NCBI RefSeq assembly: GCF_035084215.1
Contig: NC_090341.1
Span: forward strand, 26,102,001-26,166,000
DNA length: 64,000 bases
Direction: 5' to 3'
Source: Heptranchias perlo
Taxonomy: Eukaryota
In this document: positions 12,366 to 27,009 of the stretch, piece by piece
Layout of the letters: each line of letters opens with the position of its first letter
Position numbering within the stretch: position 1 is the first letter of the stretch
Program-made: the position numbers and the translations under genes
Notes under the pieces: model-generated
Told to the model about the DNA's origin: nothing
What the model saw: the letters and a program-made list of their open reading frames with translations, nothing else
Database searches by the model: none

Positions 12366-12642
12366 TGATGTGGAGATGCCGGTGATGGACTGGGGTTGAC
12401 AATTGTAAACAATTTTACAACACCAAGTTATAGTCCAGCAATTTTATTTTAAATTCACAAGCTTTCGGAGGCTTCCCCCTTAGTCAGGTGAACGATGTGA
12501 AATGAAATCCTCGAAATGAAATCGCATTTATAATTCACAGAACAATGCTTGGTGAGTACAGACAGTTTTTTCAACTGCCCGTTGCCAAGGCAATCAGTGT
12601 GCAGACAGACAGGTGTTACCTGCCAGGTCTCACAGAATATAC
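12366..12642 (-). mobile_element. Penelope-like element pseudo-LTR/3' fragment
   Basis: Closely similar to 32861-33120 (gatgtggagatgccggtgatggactgggg...caagctttcggagg). Its hammerhead-like core is altered (CTGACTA). Confidence 0.8.
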
Positions 12643-12841
12643 TCAGATGAGTGTATGTTAAGTTCTCATTCTTTCACCCATGCATTTCCCATTTATGAAA
12701 CAGCTGTAATTCATTCATTGTTAGGGAATGCAAAGCTTCACTCTTCAATGTTACCTAATGCTGAATTTACACTATCTTGCATTGCAGCACCAGTGGGAGC
12801 TGCACTGCCCACTGTGGAATGATCAAAAGCAGAGTGCCATC

Positions 12842-14408
12842 CATGTGATATCAAGAAACAGATGAGTGCACTGGATATAGCAAGGGCTATGGGCCCCAAC
12901 AACATCCCGATTGTAGTGCTGAAGACTTGTGCTCCAGAACTAGTCGCACGTCTAGCCAAGCTGTACTAGTACAGCTGCAACACCGGCATCTACGCGACAA
13001 AGTGGAAAAATGCCCAGGTATGTCCTGTCCACAAAAAGCAGGACAAATCCAATCCGGCCAATTACAGCCCTATCAGTCTACTCTCAATCATCAGCAAAGT
13101 GATGGAAGGTGTCATCGACTGTGCTATCAAGCGGCACTTACTCATCAATAACCTGCTCACCAATGCTCAGTTTGGGTTCCACCAGGACCACTCGGCTCCA
13201 GACCTCATTACACCCTTAGTCCAAACATGGACAAAAGAGCTGAATTCCAGATGTAAGGAGAGTGACTGCCCTTGACATTAAGGCAGCATTTGACCGTGTA
13301 GCATCAAGGAGCCCTAGTAAAATTGAAGTCAATGGGAATCAAGGGGAAAACTCTCCAGTGGCTGAAATCATACCTAGCACAAAAGGAAGATGGTAGTGGC
13401 TGTTGGAAGCCAATCATCTCAGCTCTAGGACACCGCTGCAGGAGTTCCTCAGGGCAGTGTCCTAGGCCCAACCATCTTTCGCTGCTTCATCAGTGACCTT
13501 CCCTCCATCATAAGGTCAGAAGTGGGGACGTTCGCTGATGATTGCACAGTGTTCAGTCCCATTCACAACCCCTCAGATAATGAAACAGTCTGTTCCCGCA
13601 TGCAGCAAGACCTGGACAACATCCAGGCTTGGGCTGATAAGTGGCAAGTGACATTCACACCAGATAAGTGCCAGGCAATGACCATCTCCAACAAGAGAGA
13701 GTCTAATCACCTCCCGTTGACATTCAACGGCATTATCATCGCCGAATCCCCGACCATCAACGCCGTGGGGGTCACCATTGACCAGAAACTTAACTAGACC
13801 AGCCACATATAAATATTGTGGCTACAAGAGCAGGTCAGAGGCTGGGTATTCTGTGGTGAATGACTCACATCCTGACTCCCCAAAGACTTTCCACCATCTA
13901 CAAGGCACAAATCAGGAATGTGATTGAGTACGCTCCACTTGTCTGGATGGGTGCAGCTCCAACACCACAAGAAGCTCGACACCATCCAGGACAAAGCAGC
14001 CCGCTTAATTGGCATCCCATCCACCATTGGAGCACCGTGGCTTCAGTGTGCATTATCTACAAGATGCACTGCAGCAACGCGCCAAGGCTTCTTCGGCAGC
14101 ATCTCCCAAATCCACAACCTCTACCACCTAGAAGAACAAGGGCAGCAGACATACAGGAACACCACCACTTGCATGTTCCCCTTCAAGTCTCTCACCATCC
14201 TGTATTGGAAATATATCGCTGTTTCCTTCATCGTCACTGGGTCAAAATCCTGGAACTCCCTACCCAACAGCACTGTGGGAGTGCCTTCAACACATGGACT
14301 GCAGCGGTTCAAGAAGGCGGCACACCACCATCTTCTCAAGGGCAATTAGGGATGGGCAATAAATGCTGGCCTTGCCAGCGACGCCCACATCCTATGAATG
14401 AATAAAAA
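12842..14408 (+). mobile_element. 5'-truncated, frameshifted copy of the 36447-39762 LINE family
   Basis: Same RT motifs (FADDCTVFS) and same 3' end (GGGCAATTAGGGATGGGCAATAAATGC...CCCACATCC...AATAAAAAA). Confidence 0.92.
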
Positions 14409-14809
14409 ATAATTCAAATATATCCAGAGTGCTGCAGTCACTTTATAACCAATTTTCCAGGTACCTGTTCGGAGTCAAGTTTTTTTTTAAGCTAGTGGAC
14501 TGAAAGGTGGCCTGTTGCACCAAAGTTCTTCTGAAAGCTTGAAAGCACATGAGTTTTAAAAAAATGGGCTTACCTACTCTGCCAATAATGGGAAAACAAA
14601 AACAAAAGCAAAACTACATCTTGGAGTCTCTCAATTAATCCCACACAGCAGCTTTATATAGCCCTTCCACACCAACGTACTGAAAATACTGATAAAGCAC
14701 CAATGCTAATAAGCCTGTATTAAAACCTACCTCATGCTGAATATTCGGTTCTTTTGTACTAGAAGTTGTTCAGACATACTTCCATTACTCTATACATTAT
14801 TTGAAATAG

Positions 14810-16555
14810 TAAATGCTAAATACAGAAAGTGCAGAGGAGCAAAGAGAGTATGAGAATAGATTAGCAATTAACATAAAAGTGAACCAAAAAGACTTTTATA
14901 AACATATAAATAGTAAAAGGGTAGTCAAAGCAAGGGTGGGACTGATTTGGGACAAAAGATCTTCTTGTGGAAGCAGAGGGCATGGCTGAGATACTAAATG
15001 AACACTACGATTCCATCTTCACTCGAGAAGAGGATGCTGCCATTATAGCAGCAAAGGAGGAGGTAGTAGCGATATTGGAAAGGATATAAAAAAAGGTATT
15101 TAAAAGATTGGCATTACTCAAAAGGGGAAAAGTCACCTGGTCCAGATGGAATGCATCCTTGGTTACTGAGGGAAATAAGTATGGAAATTGCAGACGCTCT
15201 GGCCTAAATCCTCCTTAGATATGGGGACAGTGCCAAAGGACTGGAGGATTGCAAATGTTACACCCCTGTTCAAAAAAGGGGAGAATAAACCCGGCAATTA
15301 CGGCTAGTCAGCCTAACATCAGCAGTGGGGAAACTTTGAGACCCAATAATCCATGGCAAAATTAATTGGCACTTGGAAAGTATGGGCTAATAAATGAAAG
15401 TCAGCACAAATTTGTTAAAGGAAAATTGTGTTTGACTAACTTGATTGAGTTCTTTGATGAAGTAGCAGATGGTTGATGATGGTAGTGTGGTTGATGTGTC
15501 TACGGACTTTCGAATGGCATTTGATAAAGTACCACATAATAGACTTGTTAGCAAAATTAAGGCCCATGGTATTAAAGGGACAGTGGCAGAGTGGATACAA
15601 AATTGGCTAAGGGACAGAAAGCAGAGTAGTGGTAAACGGTTGTTTTTCAGACTGGAGTGAAGATGACACAAAACTCAGAAATGTAGTAAACAATGTGGAG
15701 ATAGTATCAGACTTCAGGAGGACAGACAGACTGGTGAAATGGGCACATATGGCAGATGAAATTTAACGCAGAGAAGTGTGAAGTGATGCATTTTTGTAGG
15801 AAGAATGCGACAACGCAATATAAACTAAATGGTACAACTTTAAAGGAGGTGCAGTGACCTGGGGGTGCACATACACAAATCTTTGACGGTGGCAGGACAA
15901 GTCGAGAAGGCTGTTAAAAAAGCATATGGAATCCTGGGCTTTATTAATAGAGGCACAGGGAGTACAAAAAGCAAGGAAGTTATGCTAAACTTTTATAAAA
16001 CACTGGTAAGGCCTCAGCTGGAGTACTGTGTTCAATTCTGGGCACCACACTTTAAGAAGGATGTCAATGCCTTAGAGAGGGGGCAGAAGAGATTTACTAG
16101 AATGGTACGAGGGATGAGGGATTCAGTTATGTGGAGAGACTGGAGAAGCTGGGGTTGTTCTCCTTAGAACACAGAGAAGGTTAGATCGAGGTGTTCAAAA
16201 TCATGAACAGTTTTAATAAGAATAAATAAGGAGAAACTGTTTCCACTGGCAGAAGGGTCAGTAACCAGAGGGGACAGGTTTAAGGAGATCGGCAAAAGAG
16301 CCAGAGGCGACATAAGAAAACATTTTTTTTTAAAGCAGCGAGTTGTAATGATCTGGAATGCACTGCCTGAAAGGGTAGTGGAAGCAGATTCAATAGTAAT
16401 TTTGAAAAGGGAGTTGGATAAATACTTGAAGGGAGAAAAATTACAGGGCTATTGGGACAGAGCAGGGGAATGGGACTAATTGGATAGCTCTTTCAAAGAG
16501 CTTGCATAGGCACGATGTGCCGAATGGCCGCCTCTTCTGCTGTATCTACTATGAT
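14810..16555 (+). mobile_element. Degenerate CR1 LINE
   Basis: DFRMAFDKVPHNRL and RPQLEYCVQFWAP motifs, with a CR1 3' tail ending near 16555. Confidence 0.88.
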
Positions 16556-16719
16556 CTGTGAATTTTCAAGTAATGTTACAAAATCACAAATCCTCAAATC
16601 AAAAAAGAACCAAAATTATGCTTCAGAAGTCAAATAGTTCTTTACCAGTTAGTGCCACACATCATGTCCCCAGATGCAGCTAACAAGCTATGCCTAGCAA
16701 TTGCAATCACAACATAATG

Positions 16720-18890
16720 TTTAAGATAAAAATTGAGAAGGACATAAAGACAAAGACCAAACTAATAAATTGGAAAAAAAGCTGATTTTCAGGGACGAGA
16801 ATGTAACTGGGGAAAATAAACTGGAAAAATTTACTGATAATCAAAGAAACAGAACAGCAGTGGGAAGCATTTAAAACGGTGATCCAGAGAGTTCAGGAGA
16901 AATATATCCTGCTAAAAAGCAAGAATAAACTAGCCAGTAATGAGACACATGGATAAAGAAATAAATAAGGGGAAAATTGAAACAAAAGAAAAAGGCATAC
17001 TCTAAGTACATAGACAAAAAGGAGGATGACAAAAAGGGAATACAAAAAGGTTACAAAAAAAAATGTTTTAAAACAAACAATTAGGAAAGCAAAGAGAAAC
17101 TACAAATTTAAAATATCAAGGAATATAAAAATAGTAAAAGTATTCTACAGACACCTAAATAACAAAAGAAAAATCAGGATAGGAATAGGGCCACTAAGGG
17201 GTGCACAAGATAAACTCACAGGAAATGTCAGCAAAATAGCAGAAATATTAAATAATTACTTTGCCTCAGTATTTACCAGGGAGACCAACATGGCAGGCAT
17301 GACATTATATCTTTTATGATCTCTTATAAAGACATAAGATAGAAAATGGAGGTAATTGATAAACTATTCAAACCTAGAGAGGATAAGACCCCTGGTCTGG
17401 GTAGATTGCATCCATGCATATTAAAAGAAGTTAGACAAGAGCTATCAGAGGCACTTTTACATATATATATAAAAATTAATTAGAAAAAGGAATAGTGCCA
17501 GATGACTGGCACACAGCTAACGTAATTCCTATATTTAAAGAGAGATAGAACCAGTCCCGTGAACTAAAGATAATGGAATCCTTACTCAAAGTAGAAAAAA
17601 AATCTAGAAACCGAAAATATAATAAAGAATAGTCAGCATGGATGTCAAAAGAGGTCATGCTTGACCATCCTTATTGGATTCTTTGAAGTGACAAAAAGGG
17701 TGGACGGGTTAATACAGTAGATGTAATATATTTGGATTTTCAAAAAGGTCATTGATAAGGTACCGCGTAGTACTCATGACTAAGGTAAGAGCATGTGGAG
17801 TTAGGGGACAAATAGCAGATTAGATAGCAAGCTGGCTACAAAACAGAAAACAGAGAGCAGGGGTTAAAGGTAGTTTCCCATATTTTACCAGTCTGAAGTG
17901 ATGTTCTACAAGGATTGGTGCTGAGACCACAATTGTTCATCATTTACATAAATGGTTTGCACTCGGGAATTGGAAGTACAATTTCAAAATTTGTGGACAA
18001 CACCAAATTGGGAGGTATAGTTAATACCAAAGACGGCTACAAAATAAAGGAAGACATTAATAAACTTGCAGAATGGGCATGTAACTGGCAAATGAATTTC
18101 AATATAAATAAGTGTGAGGTATTACATTTTCATAGGAAGAATAAAGGGGCCCAATAATGCTTTGGTAAGAAGTCTAAATGGGGTAGAGTATAAGGATTTG
18201 GGGGTACAGATACAGAAATCATTAAAAGTAGCGATGCAGGATAATAAGGCCACAAAAAAAAACAAAGCACTAGGGTCCATTTCTAGAGGGATAGAATTGA
18301 AAAGCAGAGAAGTTATGTTAAACTTGTATAGAACCTTGGCTAGACCACACTTGGAGTACTGTGAACAGTTCTGGTCTCCATTATATAAAAAGGATAGAGG
18401 CACTGGAGAAGGTGCAAAAAAGATTAATTAGGGCGATACCAGAACTGAGAGGTTATACCTATCAGGAAAGATTGAGCAGGCTGGCGCTCTTTTCTCTAGA
18501 AAAAAAAAGACTGGGGGGTGACCTGATAGAGGTCTTTAAGAATATGAAAGGGTTTGATAGGGTAGATGTAAAGATGTTTCCACTTGCTGGGGAAACTAGA
18601 ACTAGGGGCCATAAATATAAGATAGTAACAAATAAATCCAATAGGGAATTCAGGAGAAACTTCTTTACCCAGAGAGTGATTAGAATGTGGAACTTGTTAC
18701 AAAGAGCAGTTGAGGTGACTAGCATAGATGCATTTAAGGGGAAGCTAAATAAAGACAAGGGAGAAAGGAAGAGAGAATATGCTGATATAGTTAAGACGAA
18801 GTAGGGAGGGAGGAGGCTCATGTGGAGCATAAACACCGGCATGGACCTGTTGGGCCAAATGGCCTGTTTCTGTGCTGTACATTCTATGTA
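16720..18890 (+). mobile_element. Degenerate CR1 LINE (second subfamily)
   Basis: NNYFASVFT, RPHLEYC and NFFTQRVIRMWN motifs; tail ending ttctatgt. Confidence 0.88.
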
Positions 18891-19194
18891 ACTATTGCCA
18901 TTTTTCCCCACAATTATTCCACTTTTCCTTGTAACATTAGAATGAACAGGATGGGAACATGAAACTATGGTGTACAAACCACTCAATTTTGAGTGATGTA
19001 CATTAAAACAATGTGCAATACTAGTCTTCCTTGGATTACCAGGGTAGGTCTATTATATGAAATCTGAGCCAAGATTTCTGCCCTGTTGCTCACCCAATGA
19101 ATCTCATTTAGAGCCTTTCCATTATTAAAATAATTTATGATCTGGCCTCCAGAACTTACCTGAAGCAGAATACATCACACCTGATCTCAACATT

Positions 19195-22100
19195 ACTACT
19201 GGGGAGGTTAACTAGTGCTGTGGGGGAGGGTTTAAACTAATTTAGCTGGGGGATGGGCACCACGGTGCAACATTAGAGAGAAGAAACAAGGTGCACAGAG
19301 GGCTGAGAGAGACAAATAGCACTAAAGAATAGTTCAGAAATAGGAGGGATCAAACAGTGCAAATGCGAGGCAGTATAAGATGAGTTTGCTGCGTATGCAC
19401 GCAAATACACATAGCATGGTAAATAAAGTTGGTGAGCTGCAGGTACAAGTTGCCACATGGGTCTATGATATAGTGGCAATAACAGAGACCTGGCTCAAAG
19501 AAGGGGATTGGGTTCTTCATATTCCTGGCTACAAGGTATGCAGGAAAGATAGGGAAGGAAAGAAAGGGGGAGGGTGGCAGTATTGATCAAAGAAACTATG
19601 ATAACACTGGAAAGGGATAATGTAGTTGAGGGGTTAAAGACAGAATCTATTTGGATAGAATTAAGGAACAATAGAGCTAGCTAGCTACTGGATGTATACT
19701 ATAGGCCACCAAATAATGGGAAGGAGATAGAGGAGAAAATTGCAGAAAGCCAGAACTATAGGGTAGTGATAATGGGAGACTTCAATTATCCCAATATAGA
19801 CTGGGATTGTAACAGTGTTACAAAGAGGTGGAGCAATTCCTGAAATGTATACTAAAGAACTTTCTTGATCTGTGTTTCCAGTCCAAAGAGGAAGAAAGCA
19901 CTGCTGGATCTAGTTCTGGGGAATGAAGTGGGGCAAGTGGAGCACTTTTCAGTGGGGGAGCATTTGGGGAACACTGATCATATCATTTGGTTTAGAATCG
20001 TTATGGAAAAAGGACAAGGAACTGAACAACGGAAGGCCTTCAAGGAGGAGATGGTTCGGGTGCAGATTAGACACATCCCGACGAGGGGGAAAGGAAGAGC
20101 ATCGAAAGCTAGAGCTCACTGAAATTAACCCTCCTCCAGTTAAGTATTTTTACACTTGATTGTTCCTTGTCCTTTTTCCATAACGATTCTAAACCAAATG
20201 ATATGATCAGTGTTCCCCAAATGCTCCCCCACTGAAAAGTGCTCCACTTGCCCCCCTGGTGGACTGGAATCAAAAATTGGTAGGCAAAACAGTAACTGAA
20301 CAACGGAAGGCCTTCAAGGAGGAGATGGTTCGGGTGCAGATTAGACACATCCCGACGAGGGGGAAAGGAAGAGCATCAAAAGCTAGAGCTCCCTGGGTGA
20401 CTAAAGATCTAGAGATTAAAATGAAACAGGAAAAGGAGGCTTATGACAAATGTAAGGTTTATAAAATACAGTGGAGAACCAAGCTAAATACAGAAAGTAC
20501 AGAGGAGATCTAAAAAAGGGAACAAGAGGGACAAAAAGAGAGTATGAGAATAGATTAGCAGCTAACATAAAAGGGAGCCCAAAGTCTTTTGGGTAAAAGG
20601 GTGGTCAAAGGAAGGGTGGAGCCAATTAGGAACAAAAAAAAATCTTCTTGTGGAGGCAAAGGGTATGGTTGAAATACCAAATGAATACTTTGCATCGGTC
20701 TTCACTAAAGAGGATGTTGCCAATGTAGAAGTAAAGAAGGTAATAGCGATATTGGATAGGATAAAAATGAGGTACTTAAAAGGTTGGTGGTTCTGAAAGT
20801 AGAAAAGTCACCTGGTCCAGCTAGGTTACTGAGGGAAGTAAAGGTAGATATTTCAGAGGCTCTGGCCACAATCTTCCAATCCTCCTTAGATATTGGGGCG
20901 GTGCCAATGGACTGGAGGATTGCAAATGTTACACCCCTGTTCCATAACAGGAAAGAGGGATAAAGTCGGCAATAACAGGCCAGTCAGCATAACATCAGTG
21001 ATGGGGAAACTTTGAGATACAATAACGCTAGACAAAATTTATTGGCACTTTGAAAATATATGAACGTCAGCACAGATTTTTTAAAAAAGGAAAATTGTGT
21101 TTCACTAACTTGAGTTCCTTGATGAAGTAACGGAGCGGGTTGATGAGAGTTGATGTGTATGTGGACTTTCGAACAGCATTTGATAAAGTACTACATAATA
21201 GACTTGTTAGCAAAATTAAAGCCCACGGGATAAAAGGAACAGTGGTAGCGTGGATACAATTAGCTAAGGGACAGAAAGCGGAGTGTAGTGGTGAATGGTT
21301 GTTTTTCAGACTGGAGGGAAGCTCTTTTGAAGAGCTGGAACAGGCACGATGGGCCAAATGGCGGCCTCCTCCGCAGTACCCGTTATACTATGATACAGTG
21401 AGGTTCCCAGGGATCAATATTCCAGATAGATATATATTACACATATAAACACATGACCTGGACTTGGGTCCGGGTACAATTTCAAAGATTTCAGATGACA
21501 CGAAACTCGAAAATGTGGTAAACAATGTAGAGGATAGTAACAGACTTCAGGAGGACATAGACTGGTGAAATGGGCAGGCACACGGCAGATGAAATTTAAT
21601 GCTAAGAAATATGAAATTATACATTTTGGTAGGAAGAATGGGGAGAGGCAATATAAACCAAATGGTACAATTTTTTAAAGGGGGTGCAGGAACATAGACC
21701 TGGGATGTATGTACACAAATCTTTGAAGGTGGCAGGACAAGTTGAGAAGGCTGTTAAAAAAGCATATGGGATCCTGGGCTTTATTAACAGAGGCTCAGGG
21801 TACAAAAACATGGAAGTTATGCTAAATCTTTATTAAAAAAAACACTGGTTAGGCCTCAGCTAGAGTATTGTGTTCAGTTCTGGGCACCACACTTTAGAAA
21901 CGTGGTCAAGGCCTCAGAGAGGGCGCAGAAGAGATTTATTAGAATGGTACCGGTGATGAGGGACTTCGGATATGTGGAGAGACTGGAGAAGCTGGGGTTG
22001 TTCTCCTTAGAACAGAGAAGGTTAAGGGGAGATTTGATAGAAGTGTTCAAAATCATGCACGGTTTTGACAGAGCAAAAAAAGAGAAACTGTTTCCAGTGG

Positions 22101-22375
22101 CGGACAAGTCTGTACAGAGACAACATAAGGAAACTTTTATTAAAAAAAACGCAGCAAGCTGCAATGGTATAGAATGCGCTGCCTGAAAGGGTGGCGGAAG
22201 CAGATTCGATAGCAACTTTCAAAAGGGAATTGGACAAATACTTGAAGGGAAAAATTTACAGGGTTATGGGGAAAGAACAGGGGAATGGGATTAATTGGAT
22301 AGCTCTACCGAAGAGCTGGCACAGGCACAATGGGCCAAATGGCCTCCTTCTGTGCGGTGTCATATTACTATGATA
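19195..22375 (+). mobile_element. Long degenerate CR1 LINE (APE and RT) with an internal duplication-inversion
   Basis: APE motifs (DIVAITETWL, GGG, YRPP, GDFN, LLDLVL), RT remnants and a 3' tail; rearranged at 19930-20391. Confidence 0.88.
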
Positions 22376-23654
22376 CTAACCTCTTTTTGGAATCAAGACT
22401 CCAAGTTCCTAGGATATGCCATCGTACCTTTAACAGAACAGCTTAATAATGGATTTAAAAAGCTCTTCAGCCAAATGTGAAGATTGCCAAAAAGACAAGC
22501 AGATTCGATTAAATTCCTGTTGGTGCAAAACTGGCACACAAGTTTCCTGTAATTTGGTACTAACTGGCAGTCTCACTCAGAATTCTCAGAGGGGTGATCC
22601 TGAGAAATATGGAGTTATTATATTACTGGGGCAACGCAGAAGAACCCCGATTTTATATTTTCACCTCTTCTACACTGGACAAAGAAAATGGTTTGGATAT
22701 TCCTCAACTTAATCATAAAATTGACCCCTTCCCTAAAAGCTCATAGAAATGAAGCTATAAGGGAAAACAGGCTCATTACTGATAGCGATACAACAGACTT
22801 CTGAATGAACATTACTTGAAATTATTAATCATGCCATTCTGAAGCTTACTATTTTTGGATCTTCCTCATCCATTTAACAATATTCAAAATCTTGAGTAGG
22901 GCACACACTTCCTATTTACAAACTTTAATTCCTGTTGCCACGATTTTTCATCATGATTTTCTGTCAACGACACCAGTGTCAGTTTTTTCCTTTAATTTTG
23001 CTATGTGAACCATCATGATGCAACTGCAGATTCTGGCCACTAGATGGCCAAAGAAGGCGCTTCTGAAGTCTCCCTCCCAACTGTCATTTGTATATATGGA
23101 AAAAAACATTAACCAATAGTAGGCAACATCATGGTCAACATGCTAGTCCTTTTTATAAAAACTTGCCTCAACTCAGGTCAACAAAAGCATTTCACCAACC
23201 AAGACTAGCTAACAAGCTTCTGCCAATACAAACATATGAATTAAGAGCAGAAGACGACCATTTGGCCCCTCGAGCCTGCTCTGCCATTTGGTAAGATCAT
23301 GGCTAATATGATTGAGACCTCAACTCTACTTTCTCGTCTACCTAATATAATCTTTGACTCCCTTGTTAATCAGGAATGCTGTTTTGTAGCCAACTGCTTA
23401 AATGTACTGCCCCCACTGCACAAGCCAAGATCAAAATTTACCACGTAGGGTATTCATCATGAAGCTTCCCTATCTTTATGGTCGGCTGTGTCAATATACC
23501 ACACTGTATTGCACCGTACCACTGGAGTACTTTGAATTGAAGTAGTGCTCATGAAAACGTAAGCTACAGCAATTTGTATTCCAATATCCTTAGGCTCTTT
23601 AGAAAAAGGAATCTTTGCAGCCATACAAACGTCCTAAAAGTAACGTACTATTTT

Positions 23655-24315
23655 TGAAGGTGGCAGGACAAATTGATATGGCTGTTAAAAAAAAAATGGG
23701 ATCCTTTGCTTTATAAATAGAGATATAGGCAAGGAAGTTATACTAAACAGTTGTAAATGACTGGTTAGGCCTTACCTAGAGTGGTGTGTCCAATCTGGGC
23801 ACCAAACTTTAGGAAGGTTGTCAAGGCCTTGGAGAGAGTGCAGAGGAGATTTACTAGAATGGTATTAGGGTTGAGGGACTTTGGTTATGTGCAGAGACTA
23901 GAGAAGCTGGAATTGTTCTCATTAGACCAGAGAAGGTTAAGCAGAGATTTAATAGAGGCGTTCAAAAGCATGAAGGGTTTTGATAGAGTAAATAAGGAGA
24001 AACTGTTTCCACTGGCAGAAGGTCAGTAACCAGGGGACACAGATTTAAGATAATTGACAAAAGTGCCAGAGGTGAGATGGGTTTTTTTTTTAAATGCAGC
24101 AAGTTATGATGATCTGGAATGCACTGCCAGAAAGGATAGTGGAAGCAGATTCGATAGTAACTTTCAAAAAGGGAATTGGATAAATACTTCAAAGGGAGAA
24201 AATTGCAGGGCTATGAGGAAAGAGCAGAGGTGGTGGGACTAATTGGCTAGCTCTTTCAATGAGCTGGCACAGGCAAGATGGGCCGAATAGCCTCCTCCTC
24301 TGCTGTATGATTCTA
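23655..24315 (+). mobile_element. CR1 3' fragment
   Basis: ALERVQRRFTRM motif and a CR1 tail. Confidence 0.85.
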
Positions 24316-24631
24316 CAAGATGGCATTTCAAATAAATTCTAAAACAACTGCAAATGGCTGGAAAGTGTGACCATCAGGTGAGAGCTCAATTGTGATGACC
24401 ATGGTACATCTGAAGTCTGGAAATATTAGTGCAAAAATATTTTGCAGCTAACACTTGTGCAAAATTTGTAGTGCAATGATATAGATGTGGCAGAATTTAC
24501 AGTAATGCTTGCCTAATTTAATGTTACACTCTTGTATTTCTGTACTTCAGAATCACCCATTTTATGTGTATATATATTTTTTCAGCGGCTGTAGTACATG
24601 CACCATTAATAACTGCTAACACATAAAAACA

Positions 24632-25078
24632 ACTAACTTGCAATTATACAGCACCTTTCACGTCATGAGGACATCCTAAAGCACTTCACAGCCAAGAAGA
24701 ACTTTTGAAATGAAGTCACTAATGTCAGCAAACTTGGCAGCCAATTTGCACACAGCAAGATCTCACAACAAAGCAATGAGATAAATGACCAGAAAATCTG
24801 TTTTAGTGGTGTCGGCTGAAGTAAACATTGGCCAGAAGACTGGGCGAAATCTTCTGCTTTTCTTTGAATAGTGCTAAGGGATCTTATACTTCCACCCAAG
24901 ACTGACGGCACCTTGAGTTAATATCTCATCCAGAAGTCAGCATCTCCAACAGAAGAGCACTCCCTCAGTACTACACCGCAGTACCAGTCAAGATCATGTG
25001 CTCAAGTTTCTGCAGTGGAGCTGGAACCCATGACCTTATGACTCAGAAGTGTGTGCGCTACCACTGAGCCAAAGCTAA
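24632..25078 (-). mobile_element. Deu-domain SINE
   Basis: Reverse complement of the SINE at 49785-50240, including the tRNA-like head near 25020-25078. Confidence 0.75.
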
Positions 25079-26294
25079 CAACTATTCAGTATCGTACTAA
25101 GGCTTACAGATCTGGTGCTAGATTCAATTTCTACCTCTGCCAAGTTAATCAATATTAGCTGGGGTCAGGTGACCTTAATATGTCTTGGAAGAAAGACAAA
25201 GAAAAGATTCCTACTCACGATCACTACTAAGTCACCTTTACCGACATCCCATGAACAATAATGTGTTCAGCTACAACAGCCTCCTTAGCCAAACAGTCTG
25301 CCAACTCACTATCTAGGCTCAAACTATGAAGATCGGCCCCGTTGGCAAAGCAATGGAGGGCTATCAGCATCCACAGAACTATATCTCAGGAGTCAGTGCC
25401 TTCAAGGTCGAGGTGTGGGGTAACAGAATTCCTTTAGCTGCACACATAAAAAATATAAAGTCTTTTTTTAATCTAAAGGGTTTTTTGTTGACAGTACAAG
25501 TTCTTTGATAAATAAAACAATCCACAATTTTGTCTAGAGACTGCCTGCTTTCTCAACATCCTCCTCCAGTTCCAGTATCATTGCAGCACTGCATGAATTT
25601 AACGTGATGTAAATGGAGGAATTTAAATGGGATTGCTAGCATTATTGCTGTGCAAAAAACAGTTTAGCTCAGAACTTCTTTGCAAAATGTGCCATTTAAT
25701 AATACCCAAAATAATTAGACCCAAACTTAAAACCTCAAATTATACTAGAGTCTGACATTTAATTGCAAATGAGGCTCCCTAACAGAAATAAATGATAATG
25801 AGTATCAGTGGTAATGATGCAGTTACTATAATTTTGTACCCTAAGACAATTTCCATTTTGTTACAGGATGGTATATACACAAGTGCTTCATGAGTTTAGT
25901 ACTGGGTTATCATGAAGAAGCATGTTTGTAATGGGTGAGCCAGAAAGGTTTCAAAATGCCAGCAAGATCTTTTTTCTTAACATGAAGATAATGTACAAAC
26001 TCTACTCATCCAGATATTTATATTCTATTGGTTGCATATATAAAGTATACTAAAGACTCCTGTTATATAATCAAATGAAGAATGCAGATCCATGGAAATA
26101 ATGCATGTCAATTATATTTTATTATGCTCAATGTGTGTGGTGAAACTAACATTAAAAACAAACGTGGATCAGGTAAGAACATGGCATGCAAGAACAGAGA
26201 ATTGCGTATGCTTAAAACTCACCGCATTGAAATCCAAATACCAGGCGACTGCAGTTAAAGCAAGGAGGCTTCTAGGTAGTCTTTCATTTATATA

Positions 26295-26645
26295 GTGGTT
26301 TCGGTCTCAAAGCACTACATACACTACTTTGAAGTGCAGTGCCTTATGTAGGTAAACGCAACACCTATTTTGCAAACAAGAACCCACAAGCAGCAATGAG
26401 ATGGATGTTATTGGTTGAGGGTTGGCTTGGAAAAAAGATAACATCCTGCTCTTTTTCAAAAATAGTACCATGGGATCTTTAGCTTCTACCAGAACAGGTA
26501 AGGAGCCTTGGTTTAAAACCTCACCTTAAGGACAATATATTTGACAATGCAGCACTCCAGAATATTATGCACTTGAGCCAGGCGTGTGGCTCAAACCCAC
26601 CATCTTCTGATTCAGAGGCAAAATTGGTCCAACTGAATTGTGCTG
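26295..26645 (-). mobile_element. Older Deu-domain SINE copy
   Basis: Degenerate match (cccacaagcagcaatgagat, agtaccatgggatctt). Confidence 0.6.
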
Positions 26646-26759
26646 ACAATTTATTGAAATGGACCCAAAATGTTCCTTTAAATCACAACCATTCAGTATA
26701 CGCATATTATCCATTCATTTGAGTGGTAAAGACAATCTATGTTTCCTGTATGGTGGAAG

Positions 26760-27009
26760 GGTCCTCCAATTCTTGCCTCTTGCGCATCCCTGATTTTAAA
26801 TCACAACACCACTGGCAGCTGTGCCTTCAGCTGCCTAGGCCCCAAGCTCTGGAATTCCCTCTTTAAACCTCTCCGCCTCTCCTCCTTTAAGACGCTCCTT
26901 AAAACCTACCTCTGCGACTCAGTGTCTAATTTTGTTTGATAACGCTCCTGTGAAGTGCCTTGGGACATTTTACTACGTTAAAGGCGCTATATAAATGCAA
27001 GTTGTTGTA
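26760..27009 (+). mobile_element. L2 LINE 3' end
   Basis: AFSCLGPKLWNSL...FKTLLKTYL followed by the tail GGCGCTATATAAATGCAAGTTGTTG. Confidence 0.82.
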
